Shown: positions 1-14,150, numbered from the stretch's first letter. The stretch: DNA of 55,615 nucleotides from Catajapyx aquilonaris (GCA_000934665.2 JYFJ02002524.1:1-55615); one strand, 5' to 3'. The notes: generated by a model not told the origin, from the letters alone. Numbers and translations are program-made.

Positions 1-95
1 GTCATACGAGGGGGACAGGGGCAACCTGTACTCCGCTGGCTACCCCTCTATGGGATTATTTTGCCGTGAAGTAAATGATGATGATGATGATGATG

Positions 96-133
<38 letters not shown>

Positions 134-135
134 TA
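1..135 (+). mobile_element. 3' tail of a non-LTR retroposon/SINE ending in (ATG)n(ATT)n
   Basis: cgctggctacccc..tgggatta..gccgtgaag followed by a trinucleotide tail; alignable to 24470-24556 and, in reverse, to 410-466. Confidence 0.55.
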
Positions 136-409
136 CTAATAGACTTTACGGTCACTATATTAATAGTCAATGTGAAGATACTGTGTTTTCGACGGTTATT
201 ATTTTAAGAGGGAACATTAATAGTTAACAGTGTCTAACAGTTATTTATTATTTTTGATAGTTATTATTCTAACGGTTAATACTGACAGGTAATAGCAGCC
301 AAGAGCTCATTTTAATTTAATATTATATCGTAATAGTAGCGAATAGTATTATTTTATGGTCATCATATTAATAGTCAATATTGTTATTTTTGACGGTTAT
401 TATTTTAAT

Positions 410-466
410 CATCATCATTATCATCTTCACGGCGTTTCCCAAACAGATATGGGGTTGGCAACCCCA
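410..466 (-). mobile_element. 57-bp 5'-truncated retroposon insertion with a 12-bp TSD
   Basis: Flanked by tattattttaat (398-409 and 467-478), with an (ATG)n tail on the minus strand. A homologous empty site is visible at about 191-230. Confidence 0.7.
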
Positions 467-2261
467 TATTATTTTAATAGGTAACATTAATAGTTAACAG
501 TCACAAAGAGTCATTTTACAGTTATAACAGTTAATACCCGATGGTTAACAGCAGCCAAGAGCTCATTGCGATTTACTATTATTATTGTAATCGAGGCTAA
601 TAGTATTTAAAGTCATTATCCTTATGCGGTAGTTAAAAAGAGTTAACAGCGGCCAATAGAGATTTAATGGTTTAATAATAAATTAACAGTTGGTCGGAGC
701 TAAGAGTTCTATTGTGGTTGTTATTCTAACACTTAATATAAGAGTGGCCAAGAGATAACTAATATATTTTAGTAGTATAACGGTTATATATTTGTTGGGC
801 ATTATCTTATTTGTTAATATTAATAGTCAACAGCAGCCAGTAGTTATGATTAGTAGCTAGCTGATAGTAGTTAATAGTTATTTCGGTGGTTATTATTCTA
901 ACAGTTATGAGTAGATAATATTAGCCAAGAGCGAATTAAATAACTTTTTCTTCGCAGAAACGTCTATCATTTATTGTTCATGTATAATATTGAGGAGACA
1001 CTTGCTCCATGAAGAGATACCACGTGCGTAACTTAGGGTTTCCCTCGTGTTGAGATGACGTCAGCGCATCATTTCGTTACGTAACAATCATGCTAACGAC
1101 CCTGTACCCTACATTTCACTTGTAATTAATTTTGCACCGACAGTTTTTTTTTTAAAGAAAAAAAGCTTGGAGATATAATAAACAGCTGTTGCTACAAGGC
1201 CTGCTGACTTTCGGCCTGGGAATTCAGGTACTAGTTACGCGCAGTACATTGCATTATTACAGTGCAGTACTCGCCCGATCTCTAAGGACATTTTAATAAG
1301 CATATGAAAGGTGAATCAATAAGTCCTTAACTGGCGTTGATTGAATTCAATTGATTCAAACTGATTTAGAAACAAATTAATATCTTCCCACAGGACAGAG
1401 TTGCAAGACCGTCAAGAGACTTCATAAGCGACTAATATTGGATTCTTCTCACAGGGCTTATTTTAATAGTTACTAGCAGATAATTCTAATTAAAAGAGTT
1501 GGTAGCTATTTCCGGCTATGTTAACTAATAGTTAATGAAAGCCAATAAATAATTTATAAGTAACAATAACTGGTAGCCATTATAATAGTGAATTGGATTG
1601 GCACTATATTGATAGTAATATAATAGTCGTTATTTTAATAGTTACTTATAACAGTCGTAGAATGATTTAAATATATGTTTAAGTTATCTATGATCATTTT
1701 AAAAATAAGGTCAATAAAATGGTTTCTTTCAACTTTAATAATTGTAGTTCTTACTTCTCTAACTGCTTATACTGTATAATCTTGGTAACTTTCTTTATAT
1801 TTGTAGCCATCTTGAGGAGGCACGGTTGCCACATTTTGGAGCTCCCCTCGACCAAACAATCGCAATGAGTTTGACAAGCGGTAAATGGTATACCGATTAA
1901 ACCAACCCCTCGTCGGTATCACTATTTTATTTACAGTAGTCCGTATGTACAGTGTGTGTATTTACTGTAGTTCTGGCTTTTCTCTTACAGGTGCTTGAAT
2001 AGTGTGTGTTGCAGGCCATTTGTAGTCATAGAAACAGGGGATTGCGGAAATGGGAGGGGGCTTTAACAGGCATTGCGTTGCTGGGGGATGGGGAGCCCAC
2101 CACGCACCACTGTACTACGGATGGCAAAAAGTTGGGGACATGGGAGCAGATTGTGTTTTGTTGACTCGAGCGACCAAAGTTTGGCGCCTCAACAGGTGTC
2201 ATGCCATTGGTCAATATATGCTGGAAAATTTGTGCAATTCAGCCTGACAGGCCCTCAACTT

Positions 2262-2620
2262 AATAAAGCAACTAATGTTTCAAAACTAATAATAACAATG
2301 AATAGCAACTAATGTTTCAAAACTACTAATAGCAATGAATAGCAACTAATGTTTCAAAACTAATAAAAACAATGAATAGCAGCTAATGCTTCAAACATAA
2401 TAATAGCAACTAATGTTTCAAAAATAATAATAATAGCAACTAATGTTTCAAAAATAATAATAATAATAGCAACTAATGTTTCAAAAATAATAATAATAGC
2501 AACTAATGTTTCAAAAAAAATAATAATAATAGCAACTAATGTTTCAAAAATAATAATAATAATAATAGCAACTAATGTTTCAAAAAATAATAATAGCAAC
2601 TAATTTTCAAACCTAATCAT
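2262..2620. repeat. Minisatellite, about 27-39-bp unit aatagcaactaatgtttcaaaa(aat)n
   Basis: About 11 tandem copies, with length variation in the aat run. Confidence 0.9.
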
Positions 2621-3589
2621 AGCCATTAACGTTTTGTGTAGCTAATGACGCCCAACTAATATTTTCTGTGACTAATAAAGAAAACTAATATTTCATAACA
2701 ATTTAACTAGCTTATAACCATATAATACTGTAGCTAATAGTTTATAACCACAATACTGCAGCTAGTAGTTTATAAATCCCATATCATTAGTGTTATACCA
2801 TCTAAAGTAGCTATCTCAAAGTAACTGCTTAAATAAGCGTACTCTGGTTTTAAAACGTTTAGCTGACCGTTCAGAGCTATCTTAACCTACCGTTAACTCT
2901 ACCGAACGTTAAATGGTGGAGAAACCGCCAGTTAATAATTGGTCTGCAAAAGCAGGTATTAGTCATCACATCTTAACAACGAGTTAAAATGTTGGAATAT
3001 TTTTGTGTTAAACTTCCGTTAACACTTAACGGCCAGTTTAAGGACATAAGGAATGAAGTGGAAAATGTAGGAAAAGTAGTGGGGCCTCAGCGCTAATAGT
3101 TCCTGATCATTCAAGTAGGGATCTTACCGTGCTTTGACCAATCCGGAATTAGATCCGGATCGGACCCCTACCCTTTCCCTCACTTTTTCATAACAAAGAG
3201 AAAAAAAAGAATGCAGGTTAGTAGCCCATCTTTTCCCGGATTGATCCGGGCATGGACAGGCAGTCCCTGCAGTAAAACCGACACCTGCACCGCCAATAAA
3301 TCCGGGCCGAATTGTGCTCCGGATTAATAAGGCGTTGCCATGCGCCACCTACCCTCCCTTCCCTCCAACCCTCTCCCACACAGCTAGACACACACACACA
3401 AAATATCCGGGACCAAATGTCAAAGTCAAACCCGGAAACAATTTGGACCACATTCCCCCCCCCCCCCCCCCNCTACTCACACTATACGTTTGTTTATTAC
3501 GAGGATTTGCTGCCCAAGTTGACGGTCCCAGGATGTTAAGAGATTAATTGTCGAATTGTCGACTCCAGCATCCAGAATTTTACATACAA

Positions 3590-4030
3590 TTTTTAATTTT
3601 TGTCAAATTAAAAATTCGTCCAGTGGAATTTTCGTCCTAATTGAATAAATTATTCTCGTTCAGTTGAATTTTTGCCCAATGAAATTCTCATCCACTGGAG
3701 ATTTCTTATATTGTAATTTTTGTCCAATGAAATTTTGTCCCATGAAATTTCCTAAAGACATTTCGTCAGGAGGGAATTTTACAATATTTTAGCCAAATTG
3801 AGAATTTCGTCCAATATTCGTAATTTCTGTCCATTTTCTATTTTAGTCAAATGAAAATTCGTCCGCTGGAATTTCGCCCAATGGAATTTTCGTCCCATAG
3901 TAACTTCCTAAAGACCTTACTGTAAGTACAATGAAAATTTGTACTTTTTGCCCAATTTAAATTTCGTCCGATATTATTTTCGACCCGTGGAATTTCGTCC
4001 AATGGAATTTTCGTCTAATTAAACTGGACA
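3590..4030. repeat. Degenerate array of (gg)aattt(t)cgtcc(aat) units
   Basis: Recurring aatttcgtcc/ttttgccc motif; same vocabulary as 17330-18430. Confidence 0.75.
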
Positions 4031-4589
4031 ATAATTATAGTCCACTCTATAACACAAGTCCCACATGTCTTTTTGAAAAAGTGTTGAAATATCTGCACTG
4101 CATTCTGGGCCACACATGGCACCCAATCCCCCACCCACAATCTGAACATATCGATTTATTTGCCCCCCCCCCTCTCTTTTCCTGTTGGATTTTACCCCCT
4201 CCCCTCCTCTCATGATGTTGATGTTATTATCATCAATCTTTCCTCTGATTCAACCGAACTAGTCAAATGTGTGATACTCATCCGGCTCTAATCCTGCATG
4301 AAAATATAAGCTTCTTGGTAACAGTTAGTTATTACCCGCGGAATAATCCAAATTAAGCCCACCCTCCAAATGTTGCTACCAGAGGGAGGGGGGTTGGGGA
4401 GGGTGGAGAGGTAGAGGGGGATGGAGTGGTTTTGATTTTTTTTTCTTTTTTTTTGGAGTTCCATCCGATCTGGATGGAGTGCACTTATCGCACTTGAATT
4501 CGTTAGCGTACATTGCCAATATCAGTTTTTTTTTCGGACTGAAGCAGTGATGGGGAAAAGGGGTTGGAAAGACGAGGCCTATACGGAAA

Positions 4590-5340
4590 CCTCAACGTTG
4601 ATGGGAATTTGAACGAAAATATGAACGATAACGTGTACGTAGACGTGAACAATAACGTGTACGTAAATATGACCCTAGCTTGTACAATACGTAAACATGA
4701 ACCTAGCTTATTGTACGTAAACATGAACTATAACGTGTACGCAGACATGAACGATTACGTGTACGTAAACATGAACTATAGCGTGTACGTAAACAAGGCC
4801 AAATTAATGTGTACGCAGACATGAACGATAACGTGTAACATGAACCCTAGTGTGTACGTAAACTGAACGAAAACGAACGAAATAGTGAAAAAACGTGAAC
4901 ATAAAGGTGAATAATAGCGTATACGTAAACGTGAACCAGAGAGAGTACGCAGACGTGAACGATAACGTGAACGTAAGGGTGAATGATAGTGTATACGCAA
5001 ACATGAACCCTAGATTGTACGTAAAACTGAACAACAACGAACGAAAAAGTGAATGAAAACGTGTACGTGAACGAGAAAGAGAACCAGCATGAATGAAAAC
5101 GAGAACGAAAAAGTGAACGTGAACATACTGTAGTCCTACACTTTAACGAAGACACAAACTTACATGTGAAGGAAGCACAAACTTACTCCGGAACAATAAC
5201 GTAAGCGGAGACCGAAATGTAGAACAGACCCGTGAACGTAAACGTAAACATGAACCGGAACGTTGGACAAAAATTGTGATTTTATCATGGACAGTAAACG
5301 GGGATTGGAACAGAAACGTAAACATAAAGGATAACGTAAA
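4590..5340. repeat. Degenerate array of aacgtgtacgtaaacatg units
   Basis: Recurring gtacgtaaac/gtgaac words with internal segment duplications. Confidence 0.8.
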
Positions 5341-5879
5341 GGCTGGTAGAACCGGCCATATTATTTCAATGTGGCTAGAATCGGAAAAATTAACCGGACG
5401 TGACGTAACATAGCGAATCGTAACAGATTTTTAGACACCCCAGCGCCACACTGTAGCAAAAATCAGAAAATTCCACTCAATAGATGGCTCCACTAACCAC
5501 CTCTCTAGAGTTACCCCAGTAGGACAAAGTTACCCCTACCAATTAGGACGTCCACGTGGCTTCAAAACCAGCGATGGAAATACCACCCTTGCGGTAAATG
5601 CAGCGGACGAGGAAGCGATTTGTAACAAGATAAACCAATTCGGCGGTTAATGAGGATAATGTGTAGTAAAGTGAAGCAAGCAGGATTCCCCTCCCCCCTC
5701 CCCCCCTTCCCCTCTGAACATAAAAAAGCGGGTTGGATGAGCTATTGATCGCAAGGGATACGCTCAATTTGAACTTGGCTTACCCATTACGGGGACTCAT
5801 GTTCAACTCCGGTGGGCTCACAATAATCGCCGTTTAGAACATTATTTGCATTCAATTACTTGGGCCTGGAAGGGACACT

Positions 5880-6800
5880 TGCGGACGACGGATTGACGCG
5901 GGATTGCTACAGGGATGACGTGTTGGCAAGAGAGGACGTATAGTGACATATTGACGTGTTGTCACAGGTAGACGTACTGACATGTTGACGTACGGTATTG
6001 TCAAAGGTGGATGTGCTGACAAAGGGGGGCGTCGTGACATGCTGACGTATTTCCATAAGGTAGACACTCTGATATGTTGGACGTATTCTCAAGGCTTTAC
6101 GTACTAGCATGTTGGACATACTGGCAGAATAGATGTATTTCCAGTGAGAACGTATGGATAGTGCAGAAGTGGACGTGCTGACATGGACGTGTTCACAGAG
6201 GGAACGTACTGACATATTGTCAATGGTGGGCTTACTGACATGGTAAACATTTTGCCAAGGTGAATTTATTGGGTGTGAACTCTTAGTGAGTTGACGTGTA
6301 CGTCAGAAGGGGACGTAGTGACACTGTCGTTTTCCTCGAGCGAATGCATTGCCATTGGTGGACGAATTGTCCAAGGTGAACATATTTAATGCAAAATTGA
6401 GTCATGTTCGACCTGCTGACAAGGTGGACGTACTGTCCAGATGACCGTAGTGTCCAGGTGAACGTATTGGCATAGTCTTGTACTGACATGCTGAACGTAC
6501 TATCAAGGGTGGACACGGGTTGACTTATTGAGAGTGTGAACCTTTTGACATGGCTTAACGAGAAGTGCAGAAGTTGACGTATTTTCCACGTGTTTCCAAA
6601 GCGGAGTCAGAAGTGTTTATGAGAATGTACGTTTTATATAAGTAGACGTACTGCCATGCTGAACTTCTTGACAATGAATAGTGCTCACACTTAGGACATT
6701 ATTATTGTCGGGTTGACGTATTTTTCTAGCTGCTTAGAGTAGACGTGTTGACAACGTGACATACTGCCAGAACTAGCCGTATTGTCAGTGACGGACAGAT
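5880..6800. repeat. Degenerate array of ggacgtactgacat units
   Basis: Recurring gacgt/ctgacat/aaggtg motifs. Confidence 0.7.
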
Positions 6801-7289
6801 TGCCCCGAGTGATTGGAGTCGAGTTTGGGTTTTTTTTTGTCTCTCAGGCCCAGTACACACTTCAAATACTCCCCTGATCAATTGCACTAAATTTTGCACA
6901 ACAAAGCTAATGGAGATGGAAGAGTGGGGTGGGCCAGTACGGGATGGGGAGGTGGGGGGTGGGAGGTAAAAAAGCTAAGTGATATTTGGCCTTGACATAT
7001 GCAACATGCGCCATTTATGAAATAATAATGCTCGCATTTCAACCGTGCTTTTTTCACTGAATAAGTCAAACCCTGCTGGAGTTATATATTTTAAATGAAG
7101 CTCGGGGTGCAGCAGGGCCGAGCATTAAAAGTTCAATCTGAAGGGCACGAAACTAGTACGAATTGACATTTAAATATAGTGGGTGCCATGGACTACACTG
7201 GACTACGCTGGACTACAAATGGCTACACATGGGAAGATGACCTACTAATGGCTGGTTGCTGGGTTGAACAACTGATGTGACATTGACAG

Positions 7290-7735
7290 GAACATGATTG
7301 CCCAAAATGGTCGTCAGCAACTTGGTTGCCTATAATGGGTTGCCAGCAATTTTGGTGACCATAATAGTTGCAACTACGTTGCTCAATATGGGTTGCCAGA
7401 AACTTGATTGCCCAAATGAGTCTCGAGCAACTTGGTTGCCTATAATGAATTGCCAGAAATTTGGTTGCTCAACATGGTCGTCAGCAACTTGGTTGCCAAA
7501 GTGTGTCACCGGTAACTTGGTTGCCCAAAATTGTCCACGGCAAGTTGGTTGCCTAAAATGAATTGTCAGAAATTTGGTTGCTCAACATGGTCGTCAGCAA
7601 CTTGGTTGCCATAATGGGTCGCCGGGCAACTTGTTTACCCGAAATTGTCGACGGCCAGCTGGTTGCCCAAAGTGAATGTCCAGCAACTTCATTGCCCAAA
7701 ATGGGCGCCAGCAACTTGGTTGCTCAAAATGGCTG
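7290..7735. repeat. Array of about 30-bp units built on the palindrome gcaacttggttgc
   Basis: About 14 copies of cagcaacttggttgcc(caaaatgg) and variants. Confidence 0.85.
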
Positions 7736-8849
7736 CGGGTGTGAATCTCCTACCCGTGAAACAAGACTTCCAGAGGCGCGTGTAATGAGTCCAAGTGTAT
7801 GCGAGAAAAGGCGACATTAAATTTCATTGGTGTTTCTCTCCCTGGAAGACATGGATGGAGAGCAAACCCGCCTCTTCCATGTTGTCTCCCAGTTCATTCC
7901 GCTGGCATGGTTGCACGCAAACTAGGCCGATTTACGAGTCCAACATCGCGCACATCTAGCATCAAGGCTCGCCAGTCTCTGCGAAAAACTATGCAAAAAA
8001 AAACACTAACAGCGACTCATATTTTAAAACCGGAATAAATGCGCGGGTCAAATGCATTTTGAATATTCATGTACAGTATGTTTATTAGGGATGGATAGGC
8101 CCGATTGTTTTGTAAATATTGCCAAATTATGGATGCTATATAACTTCTATGTGCAAAATATTTTGCGGCCAGCATGGATTGCGTAACATGTGCACAATAT
8201 TTTGTTTGTTGTTAAAATTAATAAATTATGCTAAATAAAATTAACATTTTTGAAGAATCAAACATAATCATTGAGCCAGGACCATATTATGGTAATTTAT
8301 CGTATCTTCAATCCCACCGAAGTGTTTCGTAGAGATGAGTTACATGCAAGACCAGACCGGTGTTGTAAAGTGAACCCCTTCGAGAGGTCATCATTTCCTG
8401 GTGGACCAATCCTCACCTCGTCTATTACCCACCAGTCAAAAGACAGGCGCCTTCAGACTGCTAAACACCCAGGGGGTTGCTCTGGTGGGTGGGGTGGATG
8501 GGTGGGAGATGCAATTTGGTTGCATGTCTTTCTTTTCAGATGGTGGGACATTAAGGAGCCATCACCCAGCCTGGAGTTAATTTGGGTGCAGGCACTTAAC
8601 CCAATGCTGTTGATTCGAACGTGCCTCTTCCTCCCATTTCTCCTCCCCTCCTTCCCTCATCGTAAAAGGGATATTCTGACCAATCAAACTGGGCGGAAAA
8701 TTAATGTTTCGGATGATGTCAAGGAGCTGGGAAGGATGTGCAATTAAACCTGCCTGGGGCGTATCTCTTTTGCATTGCGGACACTTGTGTACCGAGGGAA
8801 AGTTTTGCGATTATAATCCCTCATCATGTAGCGTTACCAGAATATTATT

Positions 8850-9650
8850 ATTTGTACATAAATTAAAATATATAAACCTAAAAGCGTGCTAAAATGACAA
8901 ATTTACAAATTAAAGCATGCTAAATTAATAAATTAATAAATTACCGTAAGACGCGTGAAAATTAGCAAATTAATAAGCTAAACCGTATTAAAGCTAATAA
9001 ATTAACACATTACTTGTGCGAAAATGGGTTTATCATGATTATTGTTATTAATCAATAAATTAATACGTTTAACATAATTAATTAATTAATTAATAATTGA
9101 ATACATTGTAACACATTTAGTTAATTTATTAATTTATGCATTTATTTAATTAATAAATAATTAACACATTTTAACACATTTAATTAATTTATTAATTAAT
9201 GCATTATTTTATTTAATTAATTAATGCATTTTAACACATTTAATTTGATAATAAATAAATACATTTTAACACATTTAATTTGATAATAAATAAATACATT
9301 TTAACACATTTAATTTGATAATAAATTAATACATTTTAATACATTTGATTAATAAATTAATAAACTAATACATTTCAATACATTTCATTAATAAATTAAT
9401 AAACCAATACAGTTTAGCACATTTAATTAATTAACAGGTGAATACATTTTAACACATTCAATTAATTTATTAATAAGTTAATACATTTTAACAAATTTAA
9501 TTAATTAATTTAATTAATACATTTTAGCACATTTAATTAATTTTTTAATAATTTAATACATTTAGCACATTTAATTTATTTATTGTTACAACTTTTAAGA
9601 CACAAATTGACAAATTATTTCATTAATAAGCATTTTGTCTTAAATCTTGC
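8850..9650. repeat. AT-rich array with a 35-bp core unit taatttgataataaataaatacattttaacacatt
   Basis: Near-perfect copies at 9241-9345; degenerate on either side. Confidence 0.85.
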
Positions 9651-10939
9651 AAAAATAATTAAAATGTCTAATATTTATGGATTTTAAAGCAAACTAAACA
9701 AAACGAACCCGTAGCAAAATATTGATTAGAAGGTATTAATTATTATTTAAAAATTAAGTTTACATTTATGAAATATCCCGATCATATCGTGCCTCGACGG
9801 TCAGTTAAACGCTGCTGACATTTAAACTACCTATAGTTAGCTCTAGCGGCCACAGTTAAACAATAGTTAAGCAGTCAAAAATAACTTGTCTCTCGATACA
9901 TGCTAAATTCGAATGTGATAAACTTCGCCAAAATTTCGCCAAATTAAGGCTGAACTCGAGTCCTCCGCCATCTATGGACCGAGTTGCCAATTCAAAGCCT
10001 CACGGGTTGGCCACCCCTGGCAGTCAACTCTAGACCGCCGACTTACGATCATCCCAAAAGTGGTGCAAAAATTGTGCGAATATCTGTTGCCAATAATTCT
10101 GGGTTGGCGAAAAGTCGGTCATTCCTGTCGAGGAATTCGCAATGAAAACCCCCCCTCCCGTGCTTCCGGATTAATTTAGATTACCCGAATGGCACGCAAT
10201 TAGGACACTCCCCAGTGGCATCCAAACAATGCCATGAATCGCCCCAAAGAGGGCGGGGATGAAGGGTTGGGGGTTTGGGTTGGGGGGGGGGGGAGGAGGG
10301 TCAAAATTGTCCCATGACCAATTATGGACATAGGGGATTTTTTTAAAAAAGACTAGAAAATGACGACTGTTTCGCATTTGATGGTTTTTCCGGGGCCTCG
10401 GTCGGGCTTTCAATCCGATGATGGCTAAACCTTGTTTACATTTCCGCATTGCCCGCTATGAAAATTCAATTTAAGCAAGGTTGCCAAAATGTCCACTCGT
10501 TTCAAACTCACCGGTATATACTAGTAGTGCGAACCGGCCCGTAAATCATTATGATTTACAGCGACACCCGAGTACTGGTTTAGGGGGCGGGGAAAAAACC
10601 CGACTGTTAATTAATCAGTTTGCACCCGTGGGTGACGTAAAGAAATTTTACTGTTGAAAGCAGTGTTGCCAACAAGGCGACAATATTTTGGCGAATAGTA
10701 ACACAATTTTTAACTATGTTGATGCATGTCATACATAGCAACGTTCAACAGGATGGGAGAAGTTCGAATCGCTATTCCTAGCAACTAACTTGCAGAGAAG
10801 CAACTATTACAGAAGCCCATTGCTGGGGTAAACAATCAGCAATTTCGTCCCGGTCATAAAGGTTCATTTAAAATGTGAGGTAAGAGAAATAATATACAAT
10901 CATTTAATGAAGTGTGTCTAACATGCAATAGAAAACTAA

Positions 10940-11400
10940 GAAAACTGCTTAAAACCTACTGGAAAGTGTTAAAAGTAACAGTCTATTGAAACTAATACAC
11001 CTAATAACTCTTAAAACTAACCAGCTATTGAAACTAATACACTTAATAACTCTTAAAACTAACAAGCTATTGAAACTAATACACCTAATAACTCTTAAAT
11101 CTAACAAGCTATTGAAACTACAGAACAGTCTAGTAAATAATCTAATAAGAGTAATAACTATTAAAACCAAGCTTGTAAATCTAATAACTATTAAAACCAA
11201 GCTTGTAAATCTAATAACTATTAAAACCAAGCTTGTAAATCTAATAACTATTAAAACTAAGCTTGTAAATCTAATAACTATTAAAACTAAGCTTGTAAAT
11301 ATAATAACTAATAAAACTAAGCTTGTAAATATAATAACTAATAAAACTAAGCTTGTAAATATAATAATCTATTAAAACTAAACATATTATAACTCACAAG
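10940..11400. repeat. Minisatellite: 42-bp units followed by 30-bp units (ttaaaactaagcttgtaaatctaataacta)
   Basis: Three 42-bp copies and about seven 30-bp copies; explains the repetitive ORFs at 10949-11375. Confidence 0.9.
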
Positions 11401-11439
11401 TTATGTTAGCATTGATTAACTTGTCAAGCGCATTAAAAC

Positions 11440-12560
11440 GAATGAGCTGTTAAAAATAAAACGGATAAAATTGCAAGTTATTTAAATAACGTTCATTAAA
11501 ACTGCTTCATTTTAATGGGCGGTTTTAAACAACTTCATTTAAACAATATTGTTACTCTATAACAGCTTCATTTTAGTAGACGCTATTTTAATAGCTTCAT
11601 TAAAATAACTTCTACTAAAATGAAGCTGTTACCTGTTATAGAGATCAGGTTACAGTAGTCATTAAAATGAAGTTTTTTAAATAGCTATGTTATTTAATAA
11701 CTGTTATATAATCGCTTCATTTTAGTAGATGTTATTTAATAGATTTAAAACAATAATGACTATTAATATGAAGTTATCAAGGTAACAATTATTAATATGA
11801 AGTTATCAGGGTAACAATATTATTATTAATATGAGGTAATCAGAGTAACAATTATTATTACTGTGAAGCTATTAGAAAAAGACATTAAAATGGAACTATT
11901 AAAATTGTCAATTAAAATGAAGGTACAGTATTAGAGTAACAGTTATTAATATGAAACTATTAGAGCAATGGTTCCCATGGGCGCGGGCGTAACCACTCGA
12001 ATGAAAAATGTATACACAGGAGTACCAAATTCAAGGAGTAGGAAGGAGTCAAATTCTGAAGGCACCCATAAAACTTTACATTCATTTGTAATTGTACGGT
12101 AATACTTCTTGCGAATAGTCATAGGCAATATTTTCACAGTGAAAAGTGAAATAGTCAGTAGAGGGTTCCATTACATTTCAACCAGCATTATGACACTAAC
12201 TTATTATACGAAATTTTAACACCCTCCATTTCTATAATTTCATTTTCGCGGCACCCGGCTGCATGACGTCCGCGGCACCCTGGTTGGGAATCACTGCGTT
12301 AGAGTAACAGTAATGGAAATGAAGCTATTAAAACCCGCCAATTAAAATGAAGCTATTAGAGTACGGTAACAGTTATTAAAATGAAGCTATTAAAAACCGT
12401 CAATATTATATAGAGTAACAGTTATTAAAATTAAGCTATTAAAAACCGGCAATATTATATAGAGTAACAGTTATTAAAATGAAGCTATTAGAGTAACAGT
12501 TATTAAAATGAAGCTATTAGAGTAACAGTTATTAAAACTAATAAAAGCTATTAGAAACCC
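11440..12560. repeat. Array of the 29-bp unit attaaaatgaagctattagagtaacagtt in mixed orientations
   Basis: Forward copies at about 11760-12560; reverse-complement copies (gcttcattttaat) at about 11500-11740; interrupted by a MITE. Confidence 0.8.
11966..12296. mobile_element. Degenerate hAT (Charlie/Buster-like) MITE
   Basis: Ends caatggttccca / tgggaatcactg; imperfect 8-bp TSD tattagag/cgttagag; subterminal cgcggcaccc repeats; it interrupts the 29-bp array. Confidence 0.6.
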
Positions 12561-13539
12561 ATAAACTAATATACCTGTAAACGTATAATACGCATTCATG
12601 TAAATTCGGTTCTTGGCTGGTGGCCCGAAGTAGCCAACGGCCGATGAAAGTCGGGAAGTCTCTCTCCGTTTGACACAAACACAGCGAATAAATAAGTGTA
12701 AACAACCGAACAGAGGCGGCAATTACCACAGGTGGCTTTTGACGACAGTCCCGCGAGGTGTTGACAGCTCATAAATAATTATCACACCCGCCACAACCCG
12801 GGGTACACACAAAAAAAAACCCGGCAATGTTACCCAACAGACACGTCACTGCCATCTAACGAGGCCCAACTCACACTGGGATGTTACAAGGGACAGTGCT
12901 GCCATCCGGCTGCCAAAAGACTGGTTTGAATATTGGTGTTCCGCAACCCCCGGGTTTTCGAAATAAAAGGTTGTGATGCATCTGGCAACGGTCCCTGCTG
13001 GCTGACGATTGGTTCATTTGTCAACTTTTGAGTCCCGCAACAATTGGAGAGAAGCGAGGCTTTGCGGTTTTCCTCATCGCTTTGGGATTGCGCTTCTCTT
13101 ACTTGATGAAATGAGGGTTTTGCCAATGGGGGAAGGGAGGGAGGGGGGTGAGATATTCACCTAGGGGATCATTTTTCACTGGCTGGAGGCGGGTGAGGGA
13201 GTAGATGGGGGGGAAGTTTGTAATGACGTCTCTCCGCGCCTCTGAAGCAGTTTACACTGCTTTATTTTTTTTATGAAGGTGAGGACGAGAGATGGTCAGA
13301 CGTTTTGATTTACTGCGAGGCAAGTTTAAACCTGGGAACTGCAGGGATGGAGACTCATATTTAATAGGCGGTGCCTACTCCCTGCTGGGCTTCTGAAGTG
13401 TCCGATATGACGAAGGCGTCTCAATAATCATAGAGGACGGTTTCAACCTTCAAAACAATTCAATTTAGCACGAGAAAAGTTCAAGCGACTCGAATGGTTA
13501 CTCCAGTTGTGATAACTAATTAAAGGAGCTAACAGCATA

Positions 13540-14150
13540 CCGGTACATATAACATATCCGTATACGTTGCATTCATACGGTGCGTCACATGTATACTGAC
13601 ACTTTTGCATTACAAGTAGACTATAGACTAGGCCTATACTTATACGTTTAGGTTACAAAGGTTACATAATTATGTTCATAGAAGTGTACGTAGACGTTAC
13701 AGGTGCTCTTATACGTACACGGTAGTATACGTTACAGTCATGTACTCATATATGTATCCGTACAAGTTACAGTCATGTAGTCTACTCATATATGTATCCG
13801 TACAAGTTACAGTCATGTAGCCTACTCATATACGTATACGTATAGGCTTACGTTATACATCTTACTTGCGTCTTACACGTGCTGTTATACGTATACGATA
13901 CATCTTACACGTGCTGTTATACGTATGCGTTACATCTTACATGTGTTGTTATACGTATAGGCTATAGGCCTACATAACATGTGCTGTTATACGTATACGT
14001 TACACGAATACTTACACGTGTCCGTAACAAGTATATTATCATGTACAGTAGCTTACGTATTCGTTTCGAAGAAGTTATATTAGTTTTAATAGTTTATAAT
14101 TTGTTACGTAAACGTATGCGCGACATGTAGGCTACACGTATAGATACTTG
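13540..14150. repeat. Degenerate tacgtatacgttaca array
   Basis: Recurring tacgta/gttaca words with local 31-43-bp duplications. Confidence 0.75.

Noticed and set aside
7290..7735. RFX X-box array
   Set aside because: The half-sites are arranged GCAAC-ttg-GTTGC, the inverse of the GTTGCCATGGCAAC X-box, and the spacing between adjacent units is too long.
10949..11375. Repetitive ORFs (also 2360-2599, 17643-18130, 27209-27586, 37202-37408, 45391-45657, 48139-48839)
   Set aside because: They are translations of minisatellites, open in several frames or on both strands, with no protein-like features.
13385..13425. Possible hammerhead ribozyme or Penelope end (ctgaag...gacgaag)
   Set aside because: The catalytic core CUGANGA/GAAA and supporting stems are not present.
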